Source of the DNA: Vicinamibacterales bacterium
GTDB lineage: Bacteria; Acidobacteriota; Vicinamibacteria; Vicinamibacterales; JAMQPK01
Assembly (NCBI GenBank): GCA_963821375.1
Contig: CAWGDN010000001.1
Span: forward strand, 136,580 to 200,579
Direction: 5' to 3'
DNA: 64,000 nt
Below the pieces are notes generated by a model that saw only the letters and a program-made list of their open reading frames with translations, did not search any database and was not told the DNA's origin. The translations under genes were made by a program, and so were the position numbers. Positions 39,309-49,958 of the stretch are shown one piece after another (the stretch's first letter is position 1; each line of letters starts with the position of its first letter).

Positions 39309-40401
39309 CTGTCCGATCTCGCGGTCCTCGGCGCCGGGGCTCTCGCTGTCGGAGGCCGTGTACACGCCCAGCGCGGGAACAGCGCGAATCCACGCCGCAT
39401 CGATTTCCACCATCACTTCGAGCTATCTGAAGTGCTCGCGATGCAGGGACGTGGCGGCGGGCGCGGCGCGCCCCCCACAGGCCGGGGTCCGGCCGCGCTC
39501 AACTGGACGTTGGCCCAGGACCTCGACGACATGGATCGCAACGGAACGGCAACCGCGATCATGTCTGGTTTTCTCCCGACGAACGCCGACGTGGAAACTC
39601 AACGCAGAGCCGCGCGGTTGTGCAATGACTTCGCGGCCAAACTTCGAAGCGATCACCCGCAGCGGTTTGGCATCTTCGCGGCCTTGCCTCTTCGGGGGTT
39701 CGACACCGACGGTTGCCTGCGTGAGATCGAGACGCACGGTCGACACCCTGAAGGTCGACGGTTTTCATCTCTTGACGTCATATGGCGACGTGTGGACTGG
39801 CGACGAACGGTTTTTCCCGGTGTACGAGGAGCTGAACCGTCGGCGCGCGATCGTTCACGTCCATCCACAGGCCGCCAGCTGTTGTACGGGACTTTCCGTG
39901 GCGCAGAAAGTTCCCAATCAAGGCCCCATGATCGAGTACGGCACGGACACGACGCGCGTGATTGCCAACCTGACGTTCGCCGGTACCGCCGCGCGGTTTT
40001 CGGGAATTACCTGGATCTTCTCCCACGCCGGAGGCGTCATGCCGTATTTGATCGAGCGCTTCCTTCAGTCGGGTGCATCGACGGAGATCGTCCCTGGTAT
40101 CGTGACCAGAGGACAAGCTGCTCGAGGCGGTGGCGCGGCCAATGCAATGACTGGAGACCAAGTGCTGCAGCAACTGCGAAGGTTCTATTACGACACGGCT
40201 CAGGCGTCGAACCCTGTGGCTATGGAAGCGCTCAAGAAAGTCGCCACTGTCTCCCAGATTGTCTTCGGGACGGATTACTGGTACCGGACCGCCGAGGAAA
40301 CGGGACGAGGCTTGATCACCAGTCGTGTCTTTACCGATACCGAACTGCACGCGATCAATCGCGGCAACGCCGAGCGCCTCCTGCCCCGCTACCGGGCTTA
40401 G
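39291..40401 (+). CDS. Tat-exported Amidohydrolase_2, apparent frameshift near 39735; probably leaderless
   Basis: MNRRQFL; IDFHHH; second frame HVHPQAASCC, IEYGTDTTR, SHAGG, FGTDY; TAAACT ends 7 nt before the ATG and no SD. Confidence 0.82.
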
Positions 40402-40426
40402 GCGAGCGGCTGAACGTCTGAGACAC

Positions 40427-41542
40427 GTGATCAACCGCAGAGAATTTGTTGGCGCCGCCTTGACGGCCGCAACGGCTGAGCTGCTGTTCAATGCCGGCGC
40501 TGCCACTCGGGCTGAAGGCGGTGGCCTGCAGGCCACGCAGGCTCAGCGACGACGGCAAGTGCTCATCGGCAACCGCCGCATCAGGACGATTGACGTACAC
40601 GCCCACATCGTCGTGCCGGAGGCCGCCGAACTCCTCAAAGACACGCCACTGGCAAGACCCGTTGGTGGCGGAGGCGCCGTCGCCAGACAGGCGATGGCAC
40701 CAGAGCGGCTACAGGTGATGGATGCACAGGGAATTGACGTGCAAGTGCTCAGCATCAATCCGTATTGGTACTCAGCAGACCGTGACCTGGCTGCACGCCT
40801 CATTGCCCTCCAGAACGAAAGACTAGTCGAGATTTGTGCCGCCCACCCGGATCGGTTCGTGCCCGTCGCTTCGGTTGCACTGCAGCATCCGGATTTGGCG
40901 GCGCAGCAGCTGGACGAGGCGCGCGCGAGACACAACATGCGGGGCGTGGCGATCGGCTGCAGCGTTGAAGGCGCCGAGCTATCGGATCCCCGGTTCGATC
41001 CCTTCTGGAAGAAAGCGCAGGACCTCGATCTATTGATCTTCATTCATCCTCAGCCCGGTCCGCCGAACGCGCGGTTCCGCGGAAACGGTGTACTGAGCAA
41101 TGTGATCGGCAACCCGCTCGAGACGACCATCGCCCTCTCGCATCTCATTTTCGAAGGCACACTGGACAAGTTTCCCACGCTCAAGATCTGCGCCGCACAC
41201 GGCGGAGGGTATCTCCCCTCCTATGCGCATCGGTCCGACCACGGATGCCTGGTATTCCCCGAGCAGTGCAAAGGGATGACGCTCAAGAAGCGTCCGACCG
41301 AATACGTCAAGCAGTTGTATGTCGACTCGCTGGTCTTCACTCCCGAGGCACTACGCCACCTCGTCGCCGAGGTCGGCGTCGATCAGATCGTCGTTGGGAC
41401 TGACTATCCCTTTCCCTGGACGAGCACGCCTGTGGACCACGTCCTCCAGACACCTAGCTTGACCGACGCCGATCGGATCGCGATCCTCAGCACCAATGCC
41501 GCCAGACTGCTTGGTATCTCGACAACCGTACCGACGGCCTAG
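40427..41542 (+). CDS. Tat-exported ACMSD-like amidohydrolase
   Basis: INRREFV signal; IDVHAH, FIHP, GNPLETT, AHGGG, GTDYP. Confidence 0.88.
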   Translation: MINRREFVGAALTAATAELLFNAGAATRAEGGGLQATQAQRRRQVLIGNRRIRTIDVHAHIVVPEAAELLKDTPLARPVGGGGAVARQAMAPERLQVMDAQGIDVQVLSINPYWYSADRDLAARLIALQNERLVEICAAHPDRFVPVASVALQHPDLAAQQLDEARARHNMRGVAIGCSVEGAELSDPRFDPFWKKAQDLDLLIFIHPQPGPPNARFRGNGVLSNVIGNPLETTIALSHLIFEGTLDKFPTLKICAAHGGGYLPSYAHRSDHGCLVFPEQCKGMTLKKRPTEYVKQLYVDSLVFTPEALRHLVAEVGVDQIVVGTDYPFPWTSTPVDHVLQTPSLTDADRIAILSTNAARLLGISTTVPTA

Positions 41543-41573
41543 CTCGATGTGACCACCAAGGAGGATTGGTCCG

Positions 41574-42682
41574 ATGACTCACCAGTACAGTCGGCGAGAG
41601 TTCGCGAGACTCGCGCTCGCGGCGGCTCCGTTGGCGTCGATTCGCCTGGAAGCACAGCGGATTGCCGCTGGTGCTCCAAACTCGGTGATTCACGGGGTCC
41701 ATGTCGGCGTGATGACTGGAAGTTTCCAAGGCGTTCCTGCCGATCAGATCATCCCTTCGATCGTCTCGATCGGCCTGAGCGAAGTCGAACTGCAATCGAC
41801 TCACGCCGAGGCATTGGCGGGCGCGCCAGCGGCGGCAGCTGGCGGAGGACGAGGCGGCAGTAACACCGCCGTGCCTGCAGCGCTGAACGCTGACGGCCTT
41901 TTACCTCGGTGCGCGAACCTGCCCATCGTCGTCAACCCGGTGTTGTCCGCTGTGACGTCGAGTCGCGGACGGGGCCCCGGCTCCCCCGAGCAGGAGGCCG
42001 CGCTGGAGCGGCTCCGCGCCTGGCGGGCGGCGACGACGCCAGCGACATGGCAGGCGGTGCGGAAACAGTTCACGGCCGCGGGGATCGATCTCAGGATCTT
42101 GTGGTACAGCCTCGGCTTTCAGGGCGCACCCACGTCGGATGAGGACATCGACTACGCCTTCCGCATGGCACAAGGACTTGGCGTGCGGGTGATGTCGGGA
42201 AGCTCCACGATCCCGATCGCGAAGCGCATTGCCGATCGCCGCCGCCAAGTACAAGATGCCCTGGGGCGGGCATACGCAGGACAATGTCAACGATCCCGAT
42301 CAGTTCGTCACGCCGGAATCCTATGAGCGACTGCTTGCGCTTCAGTCCGTACTTCCGCATCAACCTCGACATCGGTTATTTCACGGCGGCCGGTTTCGAT
42401 GCCGTCCCGTTCATCCAGAAGCACCACGCCATGATCACCGACATTCACTTGAAGGATAAGAAGCGCAGTGTGTCGCTCGGCGGGCCGGTTACCAACAATG
42501 CGGTCAACAACTACCCGTGGGGACAGGGCGACACGCCGATCCGCGAAGTGCTGCAGCTCCTGAAAAAGGAGAAGTACGACATTCCCGTGCAAATCGAGTT
42601 CGAATATGGATGCCGAACGACCGCGGACACCACGACGGAAATCGCGCGATGTTACGAGTACATCAAGAAGTGCCTCGCCTAG
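41574..42682 (+). CDS. Tat-exported sugar phosphate isomerase/epimerase-like TIM barrel, two apparent frameshifts (about 42230, 42340)
   Basis: AAGGAGG RBS; SRREF; EVEL, GGH, NLDIGYF, IHLKD, WGQGDTPIREVL, IEFEY; paralog at 60198. Confidence 0.8.
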
Positions 42683-42723
42683 CTCTTCAATTTGAGCAAG
42701 GAACGGCCTAGAGGAAGAAGGCT

Positions 42724-43956
42724 ATGCAGCGACGCAGGCTCGGTCTTTGGATGGTTGCGCTGACTATTGCGCTCGGTGGGCTCGTGGCCATGCAGAACGG
42801 CAGCATGTCCGCGGCTGCGCCCCAGTGGGAACAGGGCAAAGGCCAGGTCACCTGGGTGGTCGACACGGGTGACTACGAGATCGTGCCCAACTGGCCACAA
42901 CCGCTACCCGACGGGGCCGATGGAATCAAGCACGCGGGCTTCACCTGGGGATCCGGAGGGGGCGTCTATGCGGAATCGCCCGACGTCGTCTGGATAGCGC
43001 AACGCGGGGAACGTCCGCTTCCTCCGGGAGCGAAACCCTGGACGATTGGCACGCTCCTCATTCCACCCAGGGCCGACTCTGGACGCGATGACTACACGGG
43101 GAACCAAGGATTTCAGCGCCGGTGGCACCACAACATCTTTGCGGTCGATCGCAACGGAAAGACGGTAATCGAGTGGCCGCAGATGGACACCTTCCTCGCG
43201 CCGCCTCGTTCGCTCGCGCGAGGCCCCCATCGCATCATGATGAGCCCGTATGACAAAGAGCGGCACGTGTGGATCGTGGATGACGACCTGCACGAGATCC
43301 ACAAGTTCACGCATGACGGCAAACTGGTCATGACGCTCGGTCAGCGCGGTTCGGCAGGCCGAGGGCCCAATCTTTTCAACCGCCCAACGGACATCGCGTG
43401 GCTGCCCGACGGCACGTTTTTCGTCGCCGACGGCTATGCAGGCACGCGCGTCGCGAAATTCGACGCCAACGGCAAATTCCTTCTGGATTGGGGCAAAGTC
43501 CCGGCCGATCCCGCTCGCCCGGGGCCAAATGAGTTTTGGTCCGTGCACAGCCTCGGGGTCAGCCGTGATCGTCGCGTGTTCGTCGGCGATCGCGAGCATC
43601 ACCGCATGCAGGTGTTCGACGAGAACGGCAAATTCCTCACCATGTGGCCGACGGGTTACAACTCGACTGTGTACGCGCTCATCGTGACGCAGGACGACCA
43701 CGTCTGGGTCGCGGACACGACCACCCAACGCCTGGTCAAATATGACCTCGAGGGGCATTACCTGTACGACATCGGCAGCCCGGGGCCGTTGCCTGGACAG
43801 TTCGACGGCGTACACGCGATCAGCGTCGATTCCGAGCGCAACCTGTACGTGTCGGAAGTGTGGAACGGTCGAGTCCAGAAGTTCCGGCCCAAGGCCAACG
43901 CGGATCCCAACAAGATCGTGGGACCGCCTGTGGGTGGCTGGCCTCCCCGGCCGTAA
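42724..43956 (+). CDS. NHL-repeat propeller (PAL-like), secreted
   Basis: FNRPTDIAWLPDGTFFVADGY..TRVAKFD, VHSL, GDREHHRMQVFD. Confidence 0.85.
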   Translation: MQRRRLGLWMVALTIALGGLVAMQNGSMSAAAPQWEQGKGQVTWVVDTGDYEIVPNWPQPLPDGADGIKHAGFTWGSGGGVYAESPDVVWIAQRGERPLPPGAKPWTIGTLLIPPRADSGRDDYTGNQGFQRRWHHNIFAVDRNGKTVIEWPQMDTFLAPPRSLARGPHRIMMSPYDKERHVWIVDDDLHEIHKFTHDGKLVMTLGQRGSAGRGPNLFNRPTDIAWLPDGTFFVADGYAGTRVAKFDANGKFLLDWGKVPADPARPGPNEFWSVHSLGVSRDRRVFVGDREHHRMQVFDENGKFLTMWPTGYNSTVYALIVTQDDHVWVADTTTQRLVKYDLEGHYLYDIGSPGPLPGQFDGVHAISVDSERNLYVSEVWNGRVQKFRPKANADPNKIVGPPVGGWPPRP

Positions 43957-43988
43957 GCGACCTCGCGAGTCAGGAGGGCGACTTGGTT

Positions 43989-44366
43989 ATGAGATGGTCA
44001 CTGTATGCGCTGATAGTGACGCTGCTGGTTCCGGCGTTCGTGTTCGGACAAGGAAGAGGGCGCGGTGGCGGTCAGCCCGGGTCGCCTCCGGGAGCCACCG
44101 CGCCGAGGAACGTAATTGGTCAGGTCCGTGTCACCGCCGTCGCCGCCAACGTGCATGCCACACCCACATCGGCAGCGATCGTCATCGTCAACGTGCCCCA
44201 AGCCACGATCCTGAACATCTTCGAACAGAGGGGGCCATGGTTCGCCGTGCAACTCACGCCGGAACTTCGTAAAGCCTCAACGCCGTTGCGTTGGTATCGT
44301 GATGAAACGCTCGGGTACATGCACTCGTCGACGGTGGAATTGGTCGATTCAGGCCGATCCAAATGA
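43989..44366 (+). CDS. Small secreted protein with SH3b-like domain
   Basis: AGGAGG RBS; signal peptide; ANVHATP...GPWFAVQ...GYMH pattern. Confidence 0.65.
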   Translation: MRWSLYALIVTLLVPAFVFGQGRGRGGGQPGSPPGATAPRNVIGQVRVTAVAANVHATPTSAAIVIVNVPQATILNIFEQRGPWFAVQLTPELRKASTPLRWYRDETLGYMHSSTVELVDSGRSK

Positions 44367-44372
44367 CATCCG

Positions 44373-45272
44373 TCACTCGCCGCCGTTCAGCGGGCGAAGC
44401 TCGATATTGCGGAACCAGGTCTCCGCGTATTCAATCTCGAGCGCGATCTTCCCGCGATTGAGCGGGACGAGCTTCGTATTGTCCGGGATTGGCGGTGCGG
44501 GCACCCCACCCTGCGGCGCCTGCATTGGCGGCTCAGGCCGCTGCATGGCAAAGACCGAATTGACGATTCGTCCGTTGACGAGAAAGGCGGCTCGATCGTC
44601 CCGGACGATGACTTCCACCGAATTCCAACCGATCCGATCCTCGAAATCGCCGCGCTTCGGCGTGACCCTTCGCTGCCCGGCACCGCCCATCGCCATCGCA
44701 GGGGCCTGTCCTGGCCCGGTAGGGTTTTCCTTCGGCGGATTCGGCCATGGCGACAGACCGTTCACGACGTCGGCCGTGATGTACCGCACGCCACCGAGAG
44801 GAATCGCATCTCCAACGTCTGTTTCTTGAATCTGCATTTCCATGCAGGTCGGCCAGACGCGATCCGGTCCCACGACATGAATCAGCAACCCGTTGTCACG
44901 CTTCCAATCCAGCCGCGGCGCAAACCGCGTCAGTCCCCACTTGAACTCGAGGCGCAGGCGATAGTTGCTGTATTCGTTCGTGGTCGCGAGATAACCGGCT
45001 TCCACATTCTCCTTCGGTACGGCATTGCCGAGGATATGGAGCATGCCGTTGTCGACTCGAACACAACCACTCGGATCGGTGTTCTTGCCAGACCTCTGAA
45101 GGAACGTGTACCACCCATCTAGATTCTCCCCATTGAACAGGGGGGTCCAGCCGTCAGAGGCACCGGCGCGGGGCGGCGACCCTGCCTGGGCGTATGCTCG
45201 ACCTTCCCGTATACCTGAGGAGCCAACCCCCACGAGTGTTCCAGCGCCTGTCAAGAATTGTCGGCGATTCAT
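44373..45272 (-). CDS. Tat-exported DUF1080 (3-keto-disaccharide hydrolase/hydratase family)
   Basis: AAGGAG RBS; MNRRQFL; WTPLFNGENLDGW, YSNYRLRLEFKW, DNG, EMQI, GWN, FRNIELRPL. Confidence 0.85.
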   Translation of the reverse strand: MNRRQFLTGAGTLVGVGSSGIREGRAYAQAGSPPRAGASDGWTPLFNGENLDGWYTFLQRSGKNTDPSGCVRVDNGMLHILGNAVPKENVEAGYLATTNEYSNYRLRLEFKWGLTRFAPRLDWKRDNGLLIHVVGPDRVWPTCMEMQIQETDVGDAIPLGGVRYITADVVNGLSPWPNPPKENPTGPGQAPAMAMGGAGQRRVTPKRGDFEDRIGWNSVEVIVRDDRAAFLVNGRIVNSVFAMQRPEPPMQAPQGGVPAPPIPDNTKLVPLNRGKIALEIEYAETWFRNIELRPLNGGE

Positions 45273-45573
45273 GGCACTCCTTTCGATGGATGCGTGGCAT
45301 TTCAAGCCTGAGACAACCGCTCCCGCTCCGGGATGCTGAGCCATAGGAGCAGAATGTTCAGCAAATACGCTGGGCAGCGCAAGCCAGCGCGACGAGAGCG
45401 GCTATCCCAGGCCATCAGCCGTTTGCACGATACATGCCTGTTCAACCATGGAGTTTCAAGTGACAAGAATATCTGATTCCTGCGAAGCTCCTTGATGGAA
45501 ACGTGGCAATCCGCGGCACTTGGCGCAAATTGCGACAGAACCAGCTGGGTCGGCCTATCGAATCGTTTGGCTC

Positions 45574-45587
45574 CGGAACCGGTTCCA
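45574..45587. promoter_or_regulatory. LacI-type operator, site 6
   Basis: CGGAACCGGTTCCA, about 45 bp upstream of 45633. Confidence 0.75.
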
Positions 45588-45632
45588 TATCATTATATCG
45601 GGCGCGGCCCTCACAACGAAAGGCAGCTACTG

Positions 45633-46883
45633 ATGGTCATCGACGGAGTACGAGCCTTCGAACCGAAGTTCATGAAGGTGGGCGTGTTGACTGCGGCTCT
45701 TCAGGAGCTAACCCCCCGCGAAATACGCGATCCCGACCCAGACCGGTCGATCGAAGACTGGCTCGAGTTCGCGCGGACTCTGGGCGCAGGCCACGTGCAG
45801 CTCTCCGCCGCGCTGCATCCCACTGAATCGGACGTTCCGGCCGAGGCCATGTTGGACCCGGTGGCCAACACGCTCGACCTGCGTCAACCACTGGACCGCA
45901 CGCGCGCCCAGAGAGTGGAGGCGGCCGTGCATGCCACCGGCGTCGGCTTTTCGGATTTTGCTTACTTTGACAACATGCTGCATCACGATCCCAGCATTCG
46001 AAAAAAGAAGCACGACTTCATGCGGCGCGTGTTCGATGCCGCTGCGATGATCGGCGTCGAGGCCGTCTGCGGGTTTGTGGGACGCAACCAGCAGTTGAGC
46101 ATGGATCAGAATCTGATCGCCTTCGAAGAGCACTTCGTCCCACTGCTCAAGGACGCGAAAGTGCGGGGGCTTACCTATCGCGTCGAGCAATGCCCGATGC
46201 CCGGCTGGACGACAGGGGACAATTTCCACAACAACATCGCCTACGCCCCTGGGGCCTGGATCGCGCTACACCGGATCTGCGAGAAGCACGATGTGGCCGA
46301 CCAGTTCCGCATTCACTACGATCCCTCGCATGCCATCCTGATGGGACAGGACACGCGGTCGATTTTTCAATATCTCAAAGATCGAGGTTACGGATTCCTG
46401 ATCGGCGGCTTCCACGTGAAGGGGCAGGTTATAGATGCTCAAGGGGTCGCAGCGTGGGGTTTTGGTGGCCAGACAATGGAGCGCGGAGATTGGATTGAAG
46501 GCAAGCCGTCAACGAAACCCGCCGATCAGCTGAATGCGTGGAAGAAACAGACGGTGCTCTGCGAGCACGAGTTGCCGGGAACGGCCAAGCACGATCCGCT
46601 GGCTTACCTGCAGAACCGAACCGTCGACTGGCTTGACCACCAACTTGCCGCGCGTGAACTGCTTCCGCTCGATGTGTCCAAGACGTTCTTGATTGTCGAG
46701 CACGAGTATCCGAAGGCCCGTATCCAGGACAGGCAACGATTGGCACCAATTCTTCAGGCGTCGATCGCGTTCATGCAACACATCGATCGAGCCGCGGCAA
46801 GCATGTACGCGATGCAGCACGAAGTGCTCGCAGCACAGGAAATACCGGCGCAAGGCGTCGGACGTGAGCCGTATCGCAGCTGA
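45633..46883 (+). CDS. Sugar phosphate isomerase/epimerase (AP_endonuc_2/IolE-like), cytoplasmic
   Basis: [22 protein letters not shown] metal-ligand pattern; no signal peptide. Confidence 0.8.
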   Translation: MVIDGVRAFEPKFMKVGVLTAALQELTPREIRDPDPDRSIEDWLEFARTLGAGHVQLSAALHPTESDVPAEAMLDPVANTLDLRQPLDRTRAQRVEAAVHATGVGFSDFAYFDNMLHHDPSIRKKKHDFMRRVFDAAAMIGVEAVCGFVGRNQQLSMDQNLIAFEEHFVPLLKDAKVRGLTYRVEQCPMPGWTTGDNFHNNIAYAPGAWIALHRICEKHDVADQFRIHYDPSHAILMGQDTRSIFQYLKDRGYGFLIGGFHVKGQVIDAQGVAAWGFGGQTMERGDWIEGKPSTKPADQLNAWKKQTVLCEHELPGTAKHDPLAYLQNRTVDWLDHQLAARELLPLDVSKTFLIVEHEYPKARIQDRQRLAPILQASIAFMQHIDRAAASMYAMQHEVLAAQEIPAQGVGREPYRS

Positions 46884-46909
46884 TCGATCGCCACAGGCAA
46901 CCCGACGTA

Positions 46910-47681
46910 TTACTTGATGAGCACTCTCACGGTTCGGCGCTTCTGGTCGCTCACCGTATTGAGGAACTTCGGCATGATCCCGTCCATCAAATCGAAGTAG
47001 GACGACAGCGCGCTGGGTGCGTAGTTCTTGTCGTAGAGCAGCTCTTCGCGCCATTCCATAGAGTAAATCTGCGCGCCGGATCGGCCATCGATCAGGATGA
47101 TCTGCTGCTGCAGGATGAATCCCCGATGCTCGATGTATTCGCGCTCGACCAATACCTGGCGTCGGCCTCTGCGGCGGCTGAGGACGACGCGGTCGCGGTC
47201 TACGAGCTCCTCTGAGGACTGCGGTCTCAACAACACGGTGCCGGTGACAATGAGCGGGTCCTGATACTCCTCGCCGACGCGCTTCCAGTAGTCGGCGTCC
47301 GCGAAAATGTGGGTGTACTTTCTGAAAATCCGCCTCACTTTCGAGCTTTGCGTGCGACTCCGGTCGAGCCGCTGAGTCGTCGGGAAAGCGTCTCTTCGCA
47401 GCCAAGGCCATCAGGGGCTGGACGTCGGCATCAATCACCTGGAAGTTCGATCGGGTTCGAAGCGCGTTTTGCATCAGCTGCACGGTCTCGAGATTGCCGT
47501 CGACCTCCGGGCTGCCACCGGCAATAAAACCGGCGAGATACACACGTCGAAACGCCGAAAGATCGAGCTTGGCTGTATTGATCATTTCCAGCCGCACCAC
47601 ATAGGCATTGGCGCAACCAGCCAGGCCAGCCGCGAGCGCCACGCTGAGGAGAATCAGACTGGCTCGACCGGTCAACTTCAT
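46910..47681 (-). CDS. Lipoprotein of unknown function, apparent frameshift near 47320
   Basis: Lipobox LAGC; ORFs 47681 and 46910-47338 join. Confidence 0.65.
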
Positions 47682-47693
47682 TTCTTTCCGTTT

Positions 47694-49944
47694 CTACGGA
47701 CTCACCGTGATGATCGTCTCGCGCGCGACCAGGTTGGCTTTGTCATTTGCACGGGGTAGTCGCGCTTCGAGCCGAAGCACATATTGACCAGCGGGCACTT
47801 CGCTCAGGGGCATCTGCTTGAGATAGCCAAAAGACGTCCACGGCGAAGATCCCGGGCTGGCGCCGTTGGTCAGGGTGTCGCGGGCAGAGTGCACGACTCG
47901 CCCGTTCTCCGCTATCAATTGCAGATCCACTTCGATGTTGCGCATCTGCCGGGACGACTGATTGTCATAGATCTCGGCATAGGCAGTCAGCACATCGCTC
48001 GACTTGAAGGTGCGGGTGCTAGTCGCTGGCCCCGGCAGAAGCTTCGAGGTCACTGGATCGGCTTGCGCCGTCACAATGGCATCGGTTGAAGCCGCCGACA
48101 GCAGCAAACCGCTGAGCATGAGGGGTGACTTGCGGAAGTCAGGAACCTCGAGATCGTAGAAGACCGAGCCCATCTGCCCGGTCGCAATCTCTCGCGCGCC
48201 GATCCGCAGTTGGTACCGGCCCGGCTTGAGGTCGAGCCTGGGGTTGATCCGGAGGCCGCGAGCAGTTGCGGCTTCGTAGCTGGCCGGACGGAGGTTGAGG
48301 ACGAGCTCCGAGCGAATCCCGGGTTGCGGTCTTCCCTGCTCGTTGATCCCGAACATCGAGAGCTCTATGCGCGACGAGTACACGGCCAGATTCTCTTGGG
48401 GCGTGAAGTTCAGCTTGCCCGGATCGAATTCAATCGCGAGAGCAATCGAGGTTTGCTGCTCGGCGCGGAAGGGCGCGGCCTGGACCGTGAAGGTCAGTCC
48501 GCTCTGCTGGAGGGGACGAAGCAGCGTCTCCCGGAGTTCTCTCGAGGTCGCATTCTGTATGCTCGATTCCTTCTCGCGCCTGCTTTCCTGCGCCCGTCGG
48601 CGTTCCTCGGCCGTTTGACCTCGCGGCGAAGCATAACCACGACGCGCCTGAACCCGAAGCCCGGGTTTCTTGACCCTCACATCGATTCGATGGAAGCGTC
48701 CGTCGCGGGCGTGGGTTGGCGCGTAGTAACCGAGCACATAATACCGGCTGTTGCTGTCGGCAATGCGCTGAAACGCGGCGGAGGGATCATTGAGCGTGAG
48801 CGCGGCAAACCCGCCGGTTTCGTCGGCAAATGATCGAAGCGTGTCCTGCGACGCCTGCAGCTCGTTGATCAGCACGCCGGGCGCCGTCATCGGGCCAGAA
48901 GCCCTCAAGTCGGGTCCATTGCTGCCGATCGGGGAGCCCTGCCCTACTGGAGCGATGACGCCCGCCCCCTGCAGTTCGATGTACTCCGCAGTCAGTCCAC
49001 TCAAGCCCCGCGGATCGATCGGAAAGAAGATCACGTTCGCTCGCGACGCCGTACCGATGGCATCTCTGGCGGCTTGAAACACCGTCGATCCGCTATTGGG
49101 CCCAAACAGATCGCGGAGTGGCTGGTCGATGCCCTCGCTGAAGAGCAGCACCGCCTTGCGGCGGCCGCGAATGCCGCCCAGAAACTCGGACAGACTTTCG
49201 AGCGTCCGGAGCACGTTGAGCGCTCGCTGGTTGCGCTCCTGGTCGTACTGCCTGATGGTTCCCGAGCGGGCCAGCTCTGTGGATCGAGCGACTGTGGCCT
49301 GGCCGTCTGTCTGTGTGTCGGCGTGCGACCGATCGAGGAGGCCCTGATAGTAGGCATCGAGCTCGTCGATGGCCGCCGAGCGAAGCTTCTGTCCGACGAA
49401 TCGGTCGACCGACGCCAGGAGGAGCCGGCGGTCTGCCGTGAAATCCTGAGATATTTCGGTGCGACCGCTGGTATAGACGACCGCAGCCAGGTCGTTCGTG
49501 CCGAGGTGACGCTCGATGAACTGGCGGGCCCAACGCCGCACGACGCTGGTTCGCATCGGGCTGACGTTGTAATCGTCGAGCACGATCACGTAGACCCGTC
49601 CACTGAAGCTCTGACTGTTCGAGCGCGTGTCCGCGCCTACGGGCCGCCCCAGCGACAGGAACCGGACATCTCGCTCAACGGGAATTTCCACATGGGAGAA
49701 AACATCGATCTTCTGGGGCTTACCGTCCTCAAAGACTTCGAAGTCGTCTCGAGTCAGGTTGGACACAAAGTTTCCACTCTCATCTGTCACGAGAGTGTCG
49801 ATGTCGACGTAGTTGACTTCGACCTGGAAAGTCGTTGAACGGGGCCTGAGGCGCCTGCGCGCGGTGCCTGATGGGAGCCACAGAAACGGCTCCCATCAGG
49901 AACAGCGCCACACCAAGTTTCGTGCAGGTGTGCAGGTTCCTCAT
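47694..49944 (-). CDS. Acidobacterial-type VWA domain protein, apparent frameshift near 49840
   Basis: Signal peptide from ATG 49944; TFQVEVNYVDID, LTRDDFEVFEDGKPQKI, GRRKAVLLFSEG, DETGG, YYVLGYY, DGRFHRI, ARRGY. Confidence 0.82.
49867..49900. other. Perfect 13-bp inverted repeat (hairpin)
   Basis: CCTGATGGGAGCC-acagaaac-GGCTCCCATCAGG; no U-tract on either side. Confidence 0.7.
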
Positions 49945-49958
49945 GAACGGCGATGCGC

